Origin: a virus
Virus record (IMG/VR): IMGVR_UViG_3300014208_000028
Coordinates: 29,123 to 93,122 of that record
Length of the DNA stretch: 64,000 nt
Direction: 5' to 3' (one strand)
Shown: in pieces, positions 27,400-37,871 of the stretch
How positions within the stretch are numbered: position 1 is the first letter of the stretch
How the letters are laid out: every line of letters starts with the position of its first letter
Translations under genes and position numbers: made by a program
Notes under the pieces: model-generated
Database searches by the model: none
The model's input: only the letters and a program-made list of their open reading frames with translations
Told to the model about the DNA's origin: nothing

Positions 27400-27408
27400 A
27401 TAATTCTC

Positions 27409-28230
27409 CTAAGTGGTCTGTATATTACTAATGTCCTGCGCTGTAACTAAACCCTTTTCAAAATCAGGACAGTTTTCGGTAGAGCCATAAGGATTAATAA
27501 AACCTATAATATTTTGCTGAGTATAATATCTATGACCTAATTTAACTCTATTGCCCTCATTCCCACTTATCGTACAAAATCCTTCTTTTCTATTAGCACT
27601 TACATTACTGACAATTCCTATATGACCAGTATGGGTCCATTTTCCCGCCGCGTTTTTATGTTGAATAAGCATGAAATCGCCGGGATAAGGAGTATAAGTT
27701 TCCTTTTTAAAATAAATACCCTTTTTCTCACTATATTGCCAAGAATTCCAAGTACTCATTTCAAGATGTTCGCCAAAAGGATATTTTCCAGTCGCCTGTT
27801 TAAACACCCAATTTATAAAACAGTCACACCATTGCGCTGGAAAACCAGGAAGATATTTAGTTACTCCATCTCCAGTATTACTGCCATCAGGATCTTCATG
27901 TATATTACTTCTATATTCATGAGTAGCTATTTCTAATACTTTCTGACGAATAGGTGTTAAACCTTTAGGGATAATAGGATCAAAATTATTACGCTGATTA
28001 CTACCACTCGGATTTTCTATAGCCCACCAAGTATTAGGACCTACAATACCATCAGTACTTAAATACTTTTTATCCGGCCCAATATGAGTAGCCTGAAAAT
28101 CATAAACAGCTTTTTCAGTAGCATCTTCAAAAATACCATTAGGAACTATACGTAAGAATCCTTCACGTACTAATAATTCCTGTAACCTCTGTACTTCAGG
28201 CCCACGATCTCCTACTTTAAGTATAGCCAT
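27409..28230 (-). CDS. endolysin: PG-binding domain + CHAP amidase/peptidase
   Basis: LKVGDRGPEVQRLQELL...DGIVGPNTW; QWCDCFINW, PGD, GHIGIV, SGN. Confidence 0.9.
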   Translation of the reverse strand: MAILKVGDRGPEVQRLQELLVREGFLRIVPNGIFEDATEKAVYDFQATHIGPDKKYLSTDGIVGPNTWWAIENPSGSNQRNNFDPIIPKGLTPIRQKVLEIATHEYRSNIHEDPDGSNTGDGVTKYLPGFPAQWCDCFINWVFKQATGKYPFGEHLEMSTWNSWQYSEKKGIYFKKETYTPYPGDFMLIQHKNAAGKWTHTGHIGIVSNVSANRKEGFCTISGNEGNRVKLGHRYYTQQNIIGFINPYGSTENCPDFEKGLVTAQDISNIQTT

Positions 28231-28478
28231 TACTTTTTCTTCTCCACTAAAATATCATCTACTAAAACTTTCAAGGTAACTACTTTAAAAGGAATCTTAC
28301 CGGCATCTTTAATAGTAATATCTTTCAGCCCGTCCAAGTCTATAGAATTTTCGCCATCAGTAAGAACATATCTATCACTCTGCTTAATCTCATTACCATC
28401 TTCATCCTTTCCATAGCCGCGATCAACAATCTTTAATTTCAACATTTCTTTTTTCTCCTTTATATCGATTCTTATCAC
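28230..28478 (-). CDS. hypothetical protein
   Basis: GTG start 5 nt after TATAAT; TAATG-coupled to endolysin. Confidence 0.6.
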   Translation of the reverse strand: MIRIDIKEKKEMLKLKIVDRGYGKDEDGNEIKQSDRYVLTDGENSIDLDGLKDITIKDAGKIPFKVVTLKVLVDDILVEKKK

Positions 28479-28508
28479 AGTATATTATAAAAATAAAAAA
28501 ATACAATT

Positions 28509-28534
28509 AAAAAGAGTTGGCAGTCCTCTTTTTT
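28509..28534 (-). terminator. repeated terminator, copy 2 (loop GACTGCCAA)
   Basis: AAAAAAGAG-GACTGCCAA-CTCTTTTT followed by TTGTAT promoter, as in copy 1. Confidence 0.8.
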
Positions 28535-28546
28535 AGCATTACTTCC

Positions 28547-28801
28547 TTACTCAAACATAGGGCGGAACCACGCTTTAGGGATATTTTTATCTATCCACAC
28601 TAAAGCGGTTTCTTTCAAGCTCATCCACCACACGGTATACATCTGGTCGGGGTAGTCTTCAGCAGGGCTGCTCCAAGCGATTTTGTACCCAGGAACCAGT
28701 GCCTCAATCTGAGGGATAGCCTCAGAAAGAACAGCTTCAGCCTGTTCATCAAACATGCCTCTTTCAGTCAGCAGACTCTTCAACTTGTCTTTTGCCATCA
28801 T
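28547..28801 (-). CDS. hypothetical protein, GC-elevated cassette gene
   Basis: Own TGTTATAA promoter, AAGGAGG RBS, conserved terminator. Confidence 0.75.
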   Translation of the reverse strand: MMAKDKLKSLLTERGMFDEQAEAVLSEAIPQIEALVPGYKIAWSSPAEDYPDQMYTVWWMSLKETALVWIDKNIPKAWFRPMFE

Positions 28802-28878
28802 AATAGTTTCCTCCTTATATATTTTATAACAAAAAACCCCCGCATTTTGCGAGGGCTAATAAAATATAAAAATTATAA

Positions 28879-30504
28879 TTATTTCTTAAAAGATAAAGGT
28901 ATTCTAACTAAACTTCCAGCTAATCCGTAATTAGCTACTGTACCGGAATTATCATAATTATTTACAAAGCAATAAAAAGATCCATCACTTAAATAAATTA
29001 ATTTAGAAGTCGGCCAAGCAGTAGTTACTTCTGGAATATAACTTTTAAAAGTTGTAGTTTGATAAGGAGACAATAAAGTTATTTTGTTCTTCCAAGTAAT
29101 GCCGTAATCACTACTCATTATAGCTTTTATAGTTCCTAAATTATTCTCAGTCCCCGTACTTTGATCTTCACTAGTAGTATAGCTAACTACTAAAGTTAAA
29201 CCTTCAGCATTTTCTACTTTTTCTATAGAAGGACTAGCCATAGAATAAGCACTATCTACTAATACTTCAGCATTAGAGAATGTAGCTCCACTATCTTCAG
29301 AATAACTATGATATATTTTTATTAAACTAGTACTTGTTTCTTTAGCCGAGAATACTACATGAATGTGGCCTAAATGATTACTATCATTAAGTTCTACCAC
29401 ATCCCCGCCATAAACTGCGTAAAAAGAACTACCCTCATGTAATAATTCTACTGTTTCAGGAAGTGAGAAAATAGAAGTAGTTATATTATTCCATACAAAG
29501 TATTCTAAACTAGAAGCGGTTACATAAGCTTTTTTATATATTCTACTTAAGGCAGGACTTTCACTGGCCGCAAAAAATGCTATAAAGTTTTTACCAGTTT
29601 GAGACTTTTTTACAGAAGCATTAAATATATCTTGGTGTCCCCAACGAGAGAAATCATTATCGTATCCAGTATATTTCCAAGTACTATCCGCTAAATCATA
29701 TTTAATTCTTCCTACATATGTTTGCTCATTCGTAATGATATTATCGTCATTAGTATGCCCAAAACTTATTTCAGCTATATCTTTAGGGGCCGCAGGATCG
29801 TAATTAATATAACTAGTATTTCCTATATCTCTAAAAGCAGTTATAGCTCCTATAGTTACTATAGTTCTAGAATAAGCTTGCCTAGTTATTACTGTCTGAG
29901 TCCACGTAGTTCCTCCATCAGGAGAAGAATATAAAGTTAGATGTATATTTCCTGAAGCTATAATATTCATACCGAAAGCTAATAATTCACTAGATGGTAT
30001 TCCTACCCCTCCCCCTACAGAATATACTAAAGGTTGAAGTTGAGTATTTTTACAGAAAGGCCAATCTACACTCGATTCGGGTATTCCCGGCCAAACTTTA
30101 TAATCTACTTCGTCAGGTAAAGGAATAATAATTTCTCCACTCGGAGTAGCATATGGAGTCGTGTCTGTAGGAGTATCAGTATGTGATAATATTAAAGCTT
30201 TTATTCTAGCTATAGCTTTATCTAATTCAGTTAAAGCTTGCCGTACAGACATTCCATCTTTTATATAATAAGGCTTCCCGCCGCCATAATACTGACTATA
30301 TAAAGGATATAATCCATTCTGACGACTTAAAGTATAATCAGTTCCTGCTTTTAAAGATAGATAACTTATATAAGGAACTATGATATCGAAATTTTCAGCT
30401 AACTGACGATGGGGCCGATTTAATATAAGTTCATCTAATAAAGATTCTCCGGGCTGTAAGAAAATCTCCTCATCAATCATGTCTCTTTCATCTTTATATG
30501 CCAT
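28879..30504 (-). CDS. Asp-box (BNR) beta-propeller tail/baseplate protein
   Basis: SPDGGTTW, SEDSGATF, SSDYGITW. Confidence 0.75.
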   Translation of the reverse strand: MAYKDERDMIDEEIFLQPGESLLDELILNRPHRQLAENFDIIVPYISYLSLKAGTDYTLSRQNGLYPLYSQYYGGGKPYYIKDGMSVRQALTELDKAIARIKALILSHTDTPTDTTPYATPSGEIIIPLPDEVDYKVWPGIPESSVDWPFCKNTQLQPLVYSVGGGVGIPSSELLAFGMNIIASGNIHLTLYSSPDGGTTWTQTVITRQAYSRTIVTIGAITAFRDIGNTSYINYDPAAPKDIAEISFGHTNDDNIITNEQTYVGRIKYDLADSTWKYTGYDNDFSRWGHQDIFNASVKKSQTGKNFIAFFAASESPALSRIYKKAYVTASSLEYFVWNNITTSIFSLPETVELLHEGSSFYAVYGGDVVELNDSNHLGHIHVVFSAKETSTSLIKIYHSYSEDSGATFSNAEVLVDSAYSMASPSIEKVENAEGLTLVVSYTTSEDQSTGTENNLGTIKAIMSSDYGITWKNKITLLSPYQTTTFKSYIPEVTTAWPTSKLIYLSDGSFYCFVNNYDNSGTVANYGLAGSLVRIPLSFKK

Positions 30505-30514
30505 TTCTTATTCC

Positions 30515-31969
30515 TTATAATTCTGCCGAATATATTCTAGTAGTAGTTAATAATAAAGGTAACATATCTATACTATCTTCAGTACGATAAAATAAATATA
30601 TCTTACCATTACTTCTTTTTATTAATTTAGGAAATATCCCGGTAACATTTATCTGTTCTGATAATAATGGAGTTGTCCATACAGATTCTCCAGTTCTAAA
30701 GAATGAATAACTTATCTCATCATAAGTGCCATAAGTATAGTCGTTATTATAACATACTAATATCCCGCCGTTGGCGATAGGGATTAAAGTAGGATAGTCA
30801 AAATTATAAGTAGGGTATAAACTGGCGTCTACTATTATTGAAGGAATAGTAGCATCTTCATACCAATTAATTCCATCATAACTACTTCTAAAATATATAT
30901 TTCCAGACTCATCTGAAAATACCATACCTATTTTAGTATCAGTAATCTGAGTCATATCCATAGAAGATATGTAATTAAAATCTACACCCTGACCTTCTAC
31001 ATAAATGCCTATAGTTTTTTCAGCCGGAACTTTTCCATCCTCATCCTGTAAATTGGCCGTTATATCTATTTCATAAACTACTATATCTTCAGGCAGTACC
31101 ATTCTATAAATTCTATCTTCTGAGTAAGTAGGATTACTAGAAATAGTAGGAATTAGATATTCTAATATTTTGCCCGCCAAATTATAAGTAGAATAAGTCT
31201 GTCTAACATAATTCATATCACTATTAGTTCTATCTATAACATAATTAGATGGAGCACTACTTGTTTCGGAAGGGAAAGAGATACTATCAGTACCAGTTAA
31301 AGTGCCTCTTACTAATTTTAAATAGTTAGGAAATGTTACTCCACCTACAGGAGTATATTGATCATAATACGTTCCAGCTAAATAGGGATTGCCCGCTAGT
31401 ATTAAACTACAACTAGTTATTTTTTCTAACGTAAAAGCTAATTTAAATTTATTTACTACAGAACTACTTAATAACCATTTACTAGCGTTATCATCTCCAG
31501 TATATATATTAAAATCCCCATCTTGATTTATAAGCCACATAATAGATCCTAAGTCTATCACTTTAAATTGAGAGGGGTAGTCACTATTAGTTAAATCTAT
31601 TATTTGAGCCGCATCTTCGGCCCTAGTAATGCTCCAAGCATTAGCCCCCGAAATAGCTCTTTGATTTAAAACCTCTATATTTAAATCTTCTAATACTCTT
31701 AACTCTCTATCTAATACTGATATACCATCTACAAAAGTATTTCCAGTTTTAATATAATTAGTGCTTGTAAAAATAGGAATGCCGGGTATCTTTTTCTGAT
31801 ATATACTTAATCCTAATTTATCGGCCAAATTATCTATTCTAGTTTTTAATTCGTCGCTATCTTCCTCTAATTTTTCATGAATAACATTGTGGGTTGAGCA
31901 TAATATCCAATTATCCCCATCTTTTATCATATAAGTTTCTAATTCATTTTTATCTAAATAAGTTCCCAT
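30515..31969 (-). CDS. Asp-box tail/baseplate protein, paralog
   Basis: SYDGINW; shared N-terminal motif with both neighbours. Confidence 0.7.
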   Translation of the reverse strand: MGTYLDKNELETYMIKDGDNWILCSTHNVIHEKLEEDSDELKTRIDNLADKLGLSIYQKKIPGIPIFTSTNYIKTGNTFVDGISVLDRELRVLEDLNIEVLNQRAISGANAWSITRAEDAAQIIDLTNSDYPSQFKVIDLGSIMWLINQDGDFNIYTGDDNASKWLLSSSVVNKFKLAFTLEKITSCSLILAGNPYLAGTYYDQYTPVGGVTFPNYLKLVRGTLTGTDSISFPSETSSAPSNYVIDRTNSDMNYVRQTYSTYNLAGKILEYLIPTISSNPTYSEDRIYRMVLPEDIVVYEIDITANLQDEDGKVPAEKTIGIYVEGQGVDFNYISSMDMTQITDTKIGMVFSDESGNIYFRSSYDGINWYEDATIPSIIVDASLYPTYNFDYPTLIPIANGGILVCYNNDYTYGTYDEISYSFFRTGESVWTTPLLSEQINVTGIFPKLIKRSNGKIYLFYRTEDSIDMLPLLLTTTRIYSAEL

Positions 31970-31972
31970 AAC

Positions 31973-33349
31973 TTAATTTCCTTCTAATCTAAACTCTATC
32001 ATATAAATATTAGAAGTATCTCCACTCTCTACTGGAATAAACCCTAATACTGAATTAGATCCTAGCTGTACTAAACTAACTCTTCTAATATAAGAAGAAT
32101 CTTCTATGTGGGCCGTAGTTAAATCCATATAATTATGATACCATACTGCTCCATCTCTACTAAGCTGAGTATGCACTCTTAATATGTTATCTTCTATAGT
32201 TACATAACTTAAAAAAATATACTCATTTAAAAGTCTAAGAGAGCTTATTCCCCCCCGCAGTTTAGTCATATCTATACTAAACCCAGTAAAACTTTGTAAA
32301 GCAGACCACGTAACTGCATCGTCTATACTTGTAGAAATTTTTAAATTACCACTAGTATCGCATGTGAGTAAGAATATAGCCGTAATACCGCCAGAAGTAA
32401 ATTCAAAAAAACATCCAGGCGCGGCTAATTTACTTACAGTACAATTACTTAAAGATTTAATAAGAGTAAATGCTCCAGCTTGAGGAACTGTCCCAGAATA
32501 ATCTTGTGTAGGATCTTTATAGTAGATATCTAAATCAGTAGATATTACTCCTAAAGGAGCTTTCAATGCGCTAATAAGAGAAGTTCCAGATTTAGTACAA
32601 TAAATATTCAAATGATATGCATCGACTATACTACTTGACCCTAAATACCACACATACTCTCCATCTCCACCTAAACGCATATATTTAGTAAAAATAGTAA
32701 TATCTTCATTAACCCCACCATACATACTATTTACTGCAAATATTTGACGAGGGAGATTATTAGTATCTATATAAAAAAGTAAAGATATTTTATAGGCTCC
32801 TACTACAGATCCAATTTTAATATACCCACTAGTTACTTCATCACTCCAATTATCTCCATCTTTACTAGTTCTAGCTCTTGGATTACCATCTTCATCGAAA
32901 TAATACATCAATAAATTCTGAGCAGCAGAATCCCACATAACATCTAAAAATTCTCCGTGAAGATCTGAACTAAATTCCGTATTAGATACTGTAAAAATAT
33001 CAGTAGGAGTATAAACGTGCATAGTAAATTCTCCAGAAGCGCCCGGAGTTCCACCTTTAGTTACAGTCATAGTATATATAGCATGTAAAGTTTTATCTAA
33101 ACGAGCTATCGTTTTTATCAAATCTTCGCCGTCAACAATATAAATATTGGAGCTATAATCTGGAATAGTTTTAGTAGTAGATACCTCTATTCCAGCTTGG
33201 TCTAATAGATTCAATGTACCTACTAACATAATGTCGGAATTTTCAGATAACTGATAATGAGTAGCATTATGTCTATTAATACTTACAAAATTATCCCCCG
33301 GCACCAAATCTAAATTTTCTTGTATATATTCTTTTTTCTTATAACTCAT
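31973..33349 (-). CDS. Asp-box tail/baseplate protein, paralog
   Basis: SKDGDNW, SIDDAVTW, SRDGAVW. Confidence 0.7.
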   Translation of the reverse strand: MSYKKKEYIQENLDLVPGDNFVSINRHNATHYQLSENSDIMLVGTLNLLDQAGIEVSTTKTIPDYSSNIYIVDGEDLIKTIARLDKTLHAIYTMTVTKGGTPGASGEFTMHVYTPTDIFTVSNTEFSSDLHGEFLDVMWDSAAQNLLMYYFDEDGNPRARTSKDGDNWSDEVTSGYIKIGSVVGAYKISLLFYIDTNNLPRQIFAVNSMYGGVNEDITIFTKYMRLGGDGEYVWYLGSSSIVDAYHLNIYCTKSGTSLISALKAPLGVISTDLDIYYKDPTQDYSGTVPQAGAFTLIKSLSNCTVSKLAAPGCFFEFTSGGITAIFLLTCDTSGNLKISTSIDDAVTWSALQSFTGFSIDMTKLRGGISSLRLLNEYIFLSYVTIEDNILRVHTQLSRDGAVWYHNYMDLTTAHIEDSSYIRRVSLVQLGSNSVLGFIPVESGDTSNIYMIEFRLEGN

Positions 33350-35637
33350 GTATTTATAATAACCGTCCTTAATAATATTTCATCGCTACTATTGCTGCCG
33401 ATAAGTTTAATTACTCCATCCACATCTTCTATAAATACGGGGCGCACATTTTTCTTGAAATAGTTATCATCATTATTTATTCTAGTAGGCTTACACCACA
33501 ATCTTCCTAATGTCTTACTTATAGTTATATAATCATCTTCCATCTCATCCTTATAGTAAAAGTATAAAGTATTATTACTAGAAAGGAAAATTTTAGAAGA
33601 TAATATTGTCTGACTAACTACTGGAGATATACTAGTAGAAGACCACGTTAATCCGTCCGACGAAGACAATAAATGTACTATAGGATAATTAGCTTCTAAA
33701 ATATACAGTCTCCATAAAGAATTTACAGTATCATAAAATAATTGATTATGGCCTACCTCAGTATAAACTATAGGTAAATCTTTCTCAGCCAATTTCTCAG
33801 TAACTGTATATAAATCTGCACAAGTAGGGATATACATTCCCCACGAAGGATGAGAAACTACTTTATAATGATAGGTAGTGTAATAATCTACACTAAATAT
33901 ATCTGAGTAGTCTCTAGCAGTATTTGCTAAATCCCCTACTAATACATACTCACCATCATCTATTTTTCTATATACCCAAAACCCATCCACAGACCCGGTT
34001 CCGAATTCCCACGTTAAGTAATTTTGAGAAAACCCAATCTGAGTCACTTCTAAATTGTACGGAGAGTCTTCTGTTTGAATATCTCTATAATAATAAATAC
34101 TAGACTCGCCCCAATCAAAATATACTTTTACTTGAATATAGTAAATAATTCCATGAGTAAGTCCTGTTGCAGTGTATTCAGTAATTCCTTCTCCTAACTC
34201 TACTGTATATATGTATGGGCCTACACTTCCTATTCGCCCATCAATTTTAGTATAATATACTCCACCAGCCATATCCCAATCAGCCGTAAGCTCAGTATAT
34301 CCAGTTATTAATATCCTTAAATTAGAAAGAATAGTATCTTTATCTGGATACGCTTGATATGCTCCTATATAATAATCAGTACTTGAAGGTCTTGGAAATC
34401 CTGCTAAGTCGTAAGTGGAGGTTCCAGTACTTCCTCCCCCACTTAAAATAGAAGCTGGTCCAGTAGGAATAAATCCTGCGGTCTTTAACCAATAATCTGT
34501 TCTATCAGTATCGTCCGTATAAATATGAGTAATACTATATAAAATATCTCCATAATTAGTTACTCCATCCAACGCTGTTGCAGATGTTCCGGAGAAAGAA
34601 CAATTATATACATCATCACAAGTTTTTATATTATAAAATCCGCCGCCAACAGTATTGGTATCGAATATACAATTACGAATAGATTGAGTACGATTTACAT
34701 TAGTGGAAGTATTTAATATTAAATCATGGGTACTGCTATTTTTATAGAAGGTACAAGAATTTATATTTGTAGTATTATAATCTAAATATGTAGGATCTAT
34801 ATTATTAAAGCTGATTAAATCAGTTACAGTATTTTCTATAAATAATGAATTAATAATATTTACTTGAGTATGTCTAGTGCTGGGGACCTGATTAAATCCA
34901 TTGCTATATATTACTTCTGAGACAGTATTATTTTCAAATACACATCGATCTATACTAATATTTTCTGAGGCAGCTACTTCATGATAAAATAAAGAGTTGT
35001 TGGAGCCCCCAGAATTAATATTATCTTTAAATAAACATTTTTTATAACTTCCACTAGATACATCAAACATAGGATATCCATAAAAAGTATTATCTGTAAA
35101 TTCGCATTTCTCTACCGTACCAGTATCAGCCCCTACTCCACTACCTATACTTAAAAGCTCAGAGTATGTTACAGAACTCCCATAACAATTTTTTAATTTA
35201 CAATTATAGGCATGACTATTTTTACCTAATCTGACTATTCCATAAGGGGAACTAGCTAATCCATTTCTAAATGTAAATCCATCTACTATACAATTAGTAT
35301 AAAGATGCATTATTTCATGACCATCTACCACGCCCGGATTATGAAGTCCGTCTAGAATAGTCTCATTAGTAGTTAAATCTCTAGCTCTTAATACATCATT
35401 ATCTATTGCTGTAACTACAGTTACTCCATCAAAACCTCCATATACTTCTACATCATTTTTAAGGGTAGTCCAAGTAGTAGTATATGAATAGGCATCAGTA
35501 CTATGTTTAGCAATAATTAACTGATCACCAGTATCTAGTGCAGCCAAACCTTCTTCTATAGTTTGAAAAGCAGTACCCCAAGAATACCCATCGTGAGTAG
35601 GGCCTGGAGCATTATCTTTAACTCTTAGTATCGTCAT
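33346..35637 (-). CDS. beta-helix (pectin-lyase-like) + FN3 receptor-binding/tailspike protein
   Basis: GYSWGTAFQTIEEG, VYGGFDG, TILDG, VDGFTFRNG, CxFxxN repeats, DLAGFPR...IGAYQ, two FN3-like segments. Confidence 0.75.
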   Translation of the reverse strand: MTILRVKDNAPGPTHDGYSWGTAFQTIEEGLAALDTGDQLIIAKHSTDAYSYTTTWTTLKNDVEVYGGFDGVTVVTAIDNDVLRARDLTTNETILDGLHNPGVVDGHEIMHLYTNCIVDGFTFRNGLASSPYGIVRLGKNSHAYNCKLKNCYGSSVTYSELLSIGSGVGADTGTVEKCEFTDNTFYGYPMFDVSSGSYKKCLFKDNINSGGSNNSLFYHEVAASENISIDRCVFENNTVSEVIYSNGFNQVPSTRHTQVNIINSLFIENTVTDLISFNNIDPTYLDYNTTNINSCTFYKNSSTHDLILNTSTNVNRTQSIRNCIFDTNTVGGGFYNIKTCDDVYNCSFSGTSATALDGVTNYGDILYSITHIYTDDTDRTDYWLKTAGFIPTGPASILSGGGSTGTSTYDLAGFPRPSSTDYYIGAYQAYPDKDTILSNLRILITGYTELTADWDMAGGVYYTKIDGRIGSVGPYIYTVELGEGITEYTATGLTHGIIYYIQVKVYFDWGESSIYYYRDIQTEDSPYNLEVTQIGFSQNYLTWEFGTGSVDGFWVYRKIDDGEYVLVGDLANTARDYSDIFSVDYYTTYHYKVVSHPSWGMYIPTCADLYTVTEKLAEKDLPIVYTEVGHNQLFYDTVNSLWRLYILEANYPIVHLLSSSDGLTWSSTSISPVVSQTILSSKIFLSSNNTLYFYYKDEMEDDYITISKTLGRLWCKPTRINNDDNYFKKNVRPVFIEDVDGVIKLIGSNSSDEILLRTVIINT

Positions 35638-35988
35638 TTAATAATCCGTTTTAACATGTTCTAAAGTATAAATATTTAATTTAGTCTTATCTGATTCACT
35701 AATACCTATAACTAAAGCCTGACCAGTTATAGGGTTAGTACAAAAAGTACACTTACTATTTATGTCTAATCCCCGCGCATATTTAGCTGGAGCTATACTA
35801 GAACTAGTTACAGTATTTAACTTTAATATAGTACTTTCATATCCTCCAACTACTGTAGCTTCAGGAGAATCTTTGGCTAAACCTCCTACTATCTCTTCTA
35901 CAATATCTATAATTTCAGGCAACTCTGTCCAAGCATTATTTATAAATACAAAAGTTTTAGTTCCTATTGTTATAGTTATATTAGCCAT
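35638..35988 (-). CDS. structural-module hypothetical protein
   Basis: TAATG-coupled. Confidence 0.65.
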   Translation of the reverse strand: MANITITIGTKTFVFINNAWTELPEIIDIVEEIVGGLAKDSPEATVVGGYESTILKLNTVTSSSIAPAKYARGLDINSKCTFCTNPITGQALVIGISESDKTKLNIYTLEHVKTDY

Positions 35989-37862
35989 TACACTAATGGA
36001 TAACCTCCTAAGTCGCTTTCAGGAACTGTAAAGTTCGGTAATAATATAGTTTGAGTCATTCCAATTCCTATAGAATAAGAGGTAACTCCTAATTCATCTA
36101 AATCTATTTCGTCAGGTAATAAATCTTCTCTACTTGGGGAATATCTAATTTCATTAGAACCATTATATACGAATTCTCCCGGCAAAAATATATTCTCATC
36201 TCCTATAATCTCTGCAACTACATAAGGAAGGTATTCATGATTACCTACTACAAATAAAGGAGTAAAGTCTTCCATAGTAAACCAAGCGCGAGTATCGCTA
36301 GGTTTGAGATGATTTATAAAATTACAAACCATTATAGATAAACTCATCGGGGTTAATTCTATAGGCTTTAAAGCTATTCCAAAAGATTTATATTTCTGTA
36401 AAGTAAAGTTTGAAGTAGTATTTAATAAATGATATAGCCACCAATTTGGAGAGCTAATATCATCTACTACGCTTAATGCGTCTGAAAGAGCTTCATATGC
36501 TTTAACCTCATCCCCCGATCTATACTCAACTCCAGTACGAGGATTAATAGCTATTCCAGATACTTTTTTAAATAAGTATGGTAATTCTTCTCCTCCATCG
36601 CTGGGCCTTATAATTATAAGACCGTATAAAGTATTATAATCAGAAGTAATATAAGATATAGTCCCATCTTTAAGAGAATAAGGCTCATTGGCTAAAATAG
36701 ATAATCCTACTTCTATATTAGATATAGTAGGACCAAATACATAGCTATGCCACATTCCTTTTACATTATTTAAATACTCTTTAGTAGTATGTTCTAATAA
36801 ATCTTTTCTATAATCTACTAAACTACCGAAGTTAGATTCTACTGCATCATTATCATAATATACTTTTTCGGCCCACAAATACGTGGCCGGAATAATAGTT
36901 GGAAAATAGAATTCTGAACCTATAATATTATAATCTGTCCCATAAGTTAAAATAGATAAAGGTTCATCTAATTGAGATTGTAATGTAGGTATAGATTGTA
37001 TACTAATATCAAAACTTGGATCTGCATACCCTATATTACTTACTCTAGCTGTACCTGAAGTAGATACTATATCTTTAAAATGATCGTAATTATTTTTATA
37101 ATTAATATTTCCTAATCCAAATCTATTGCATTCGAATACCCCGCTTGTCCCGCCAGAGGCTAATGTCTCTATAGTAGATATTCCTACAAAAGTACTATCT
37201 AATAAATTATTATTAGTATCATAACAATTTATCTCTAAGTTTCCCCCGCTGGCTAAATAAGTAGCAGTTATAACATAAGCGTTTTTAACCTGCATAAATT
37301 CAGAAGTACTATTTATTTCTATATTATTAGAATCATCACATATAACTCCATATACTTTCCCGCTATCCCAACAGAAAGAAATAGAATTAGTTAAATCAGA
37401 ATTATATTTATTAAAATATCCTATTTGCCCGCCAGCCCCTAAACTATCTATATATATTTTAGCTTCCCAATATAAATTAGCTTGATTATCTACAGTACTA
37501 TTTAAATCCTTATAATATAGTTCTCCACTACCTTTAGGAGTAAAGGAACAATCTATATATCCTTTACTATCCCATTTAACATTATCATAATTTAACTTAT
37601 CGTAATCAAATACTGGATCTTCTTCACAACTATGATAGTTCCATATATTAAATTTCCGCCAAGTCTTTTTTAAATAATGCTGAATATCTGATAGAGATTT
37701 ATTATAATCGTACTGATATAATTTAGAATACTGCTCCCCCGCCAACTGCACATATCCCATCCAAATATTCATTAGAGCTAATTGATCTTCTTCAGGCATA
37801 CTTGTCCAAGAAGTTCCTAAAGAGTCTAATAAGAATTTTGTCTGTTCTATTTTAAAAGACAT
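35988..37862 (-). CDS. baseplate wedge-associated protein
   Basis: Follows baseplate J; NFGSLV...GPTISNIEVGL, INHLKPSDT. Confidence 0.6.
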   Translation of the reverse strand: MSFKIEQTKFLLDSLGTSWTSMPEEDQLALMNIWMGYVQLAGEQYSKLYQYDYNKSLSDIQHYLKKTWRKFNIWNYHSCEEDPVFDYDKLNYDNVKWDSKGYIDCSFTPKGSGELYYKDLNSTVDNQANLYWEAKIYIDSLGAGGQIGYFNKYNSDLTNSISFCWDSGKVYGVICDDSNNIEINSTSEFMQVKNAYVITATYLASGGNLEINCYDTNNNLLDSTFVGISTIETLASGGTSGVFECNRFGLGNINYKNNYDHFKDIVSTSGTARVSNIGYADPSFDISIQSIPTLQSQLDEPLSILTYGTDYNIIGSEFYFPTIIPATYLWAEKVYYDNDAVESNFGSLVDYRKDLLEHTTKEYLNNVKGMWHSYVFGPTISNIEVGLSILANEPYSLKDGTISYITSDYNTLYGLIIIRPSDGGEELPYLFKKVSGIAINPRTGVEYRSGDEVKAYEALSDALSVVDDISSPNWWLYHLLNTTSNFTLQKYKSFGIALKPIELTPMSLSIMVCNFINHLKPSDTRAWFTMEDFTPLFVVGNHEYLPYVVAEIIGDENIFLPGEFVYNGSNEIRYSPSREDLLPDEIDLDELGVTSYSIGIGMTQTILLPNFTVPESDLGGYPLV

Positions 37863-37871
37863 TTAATTACC

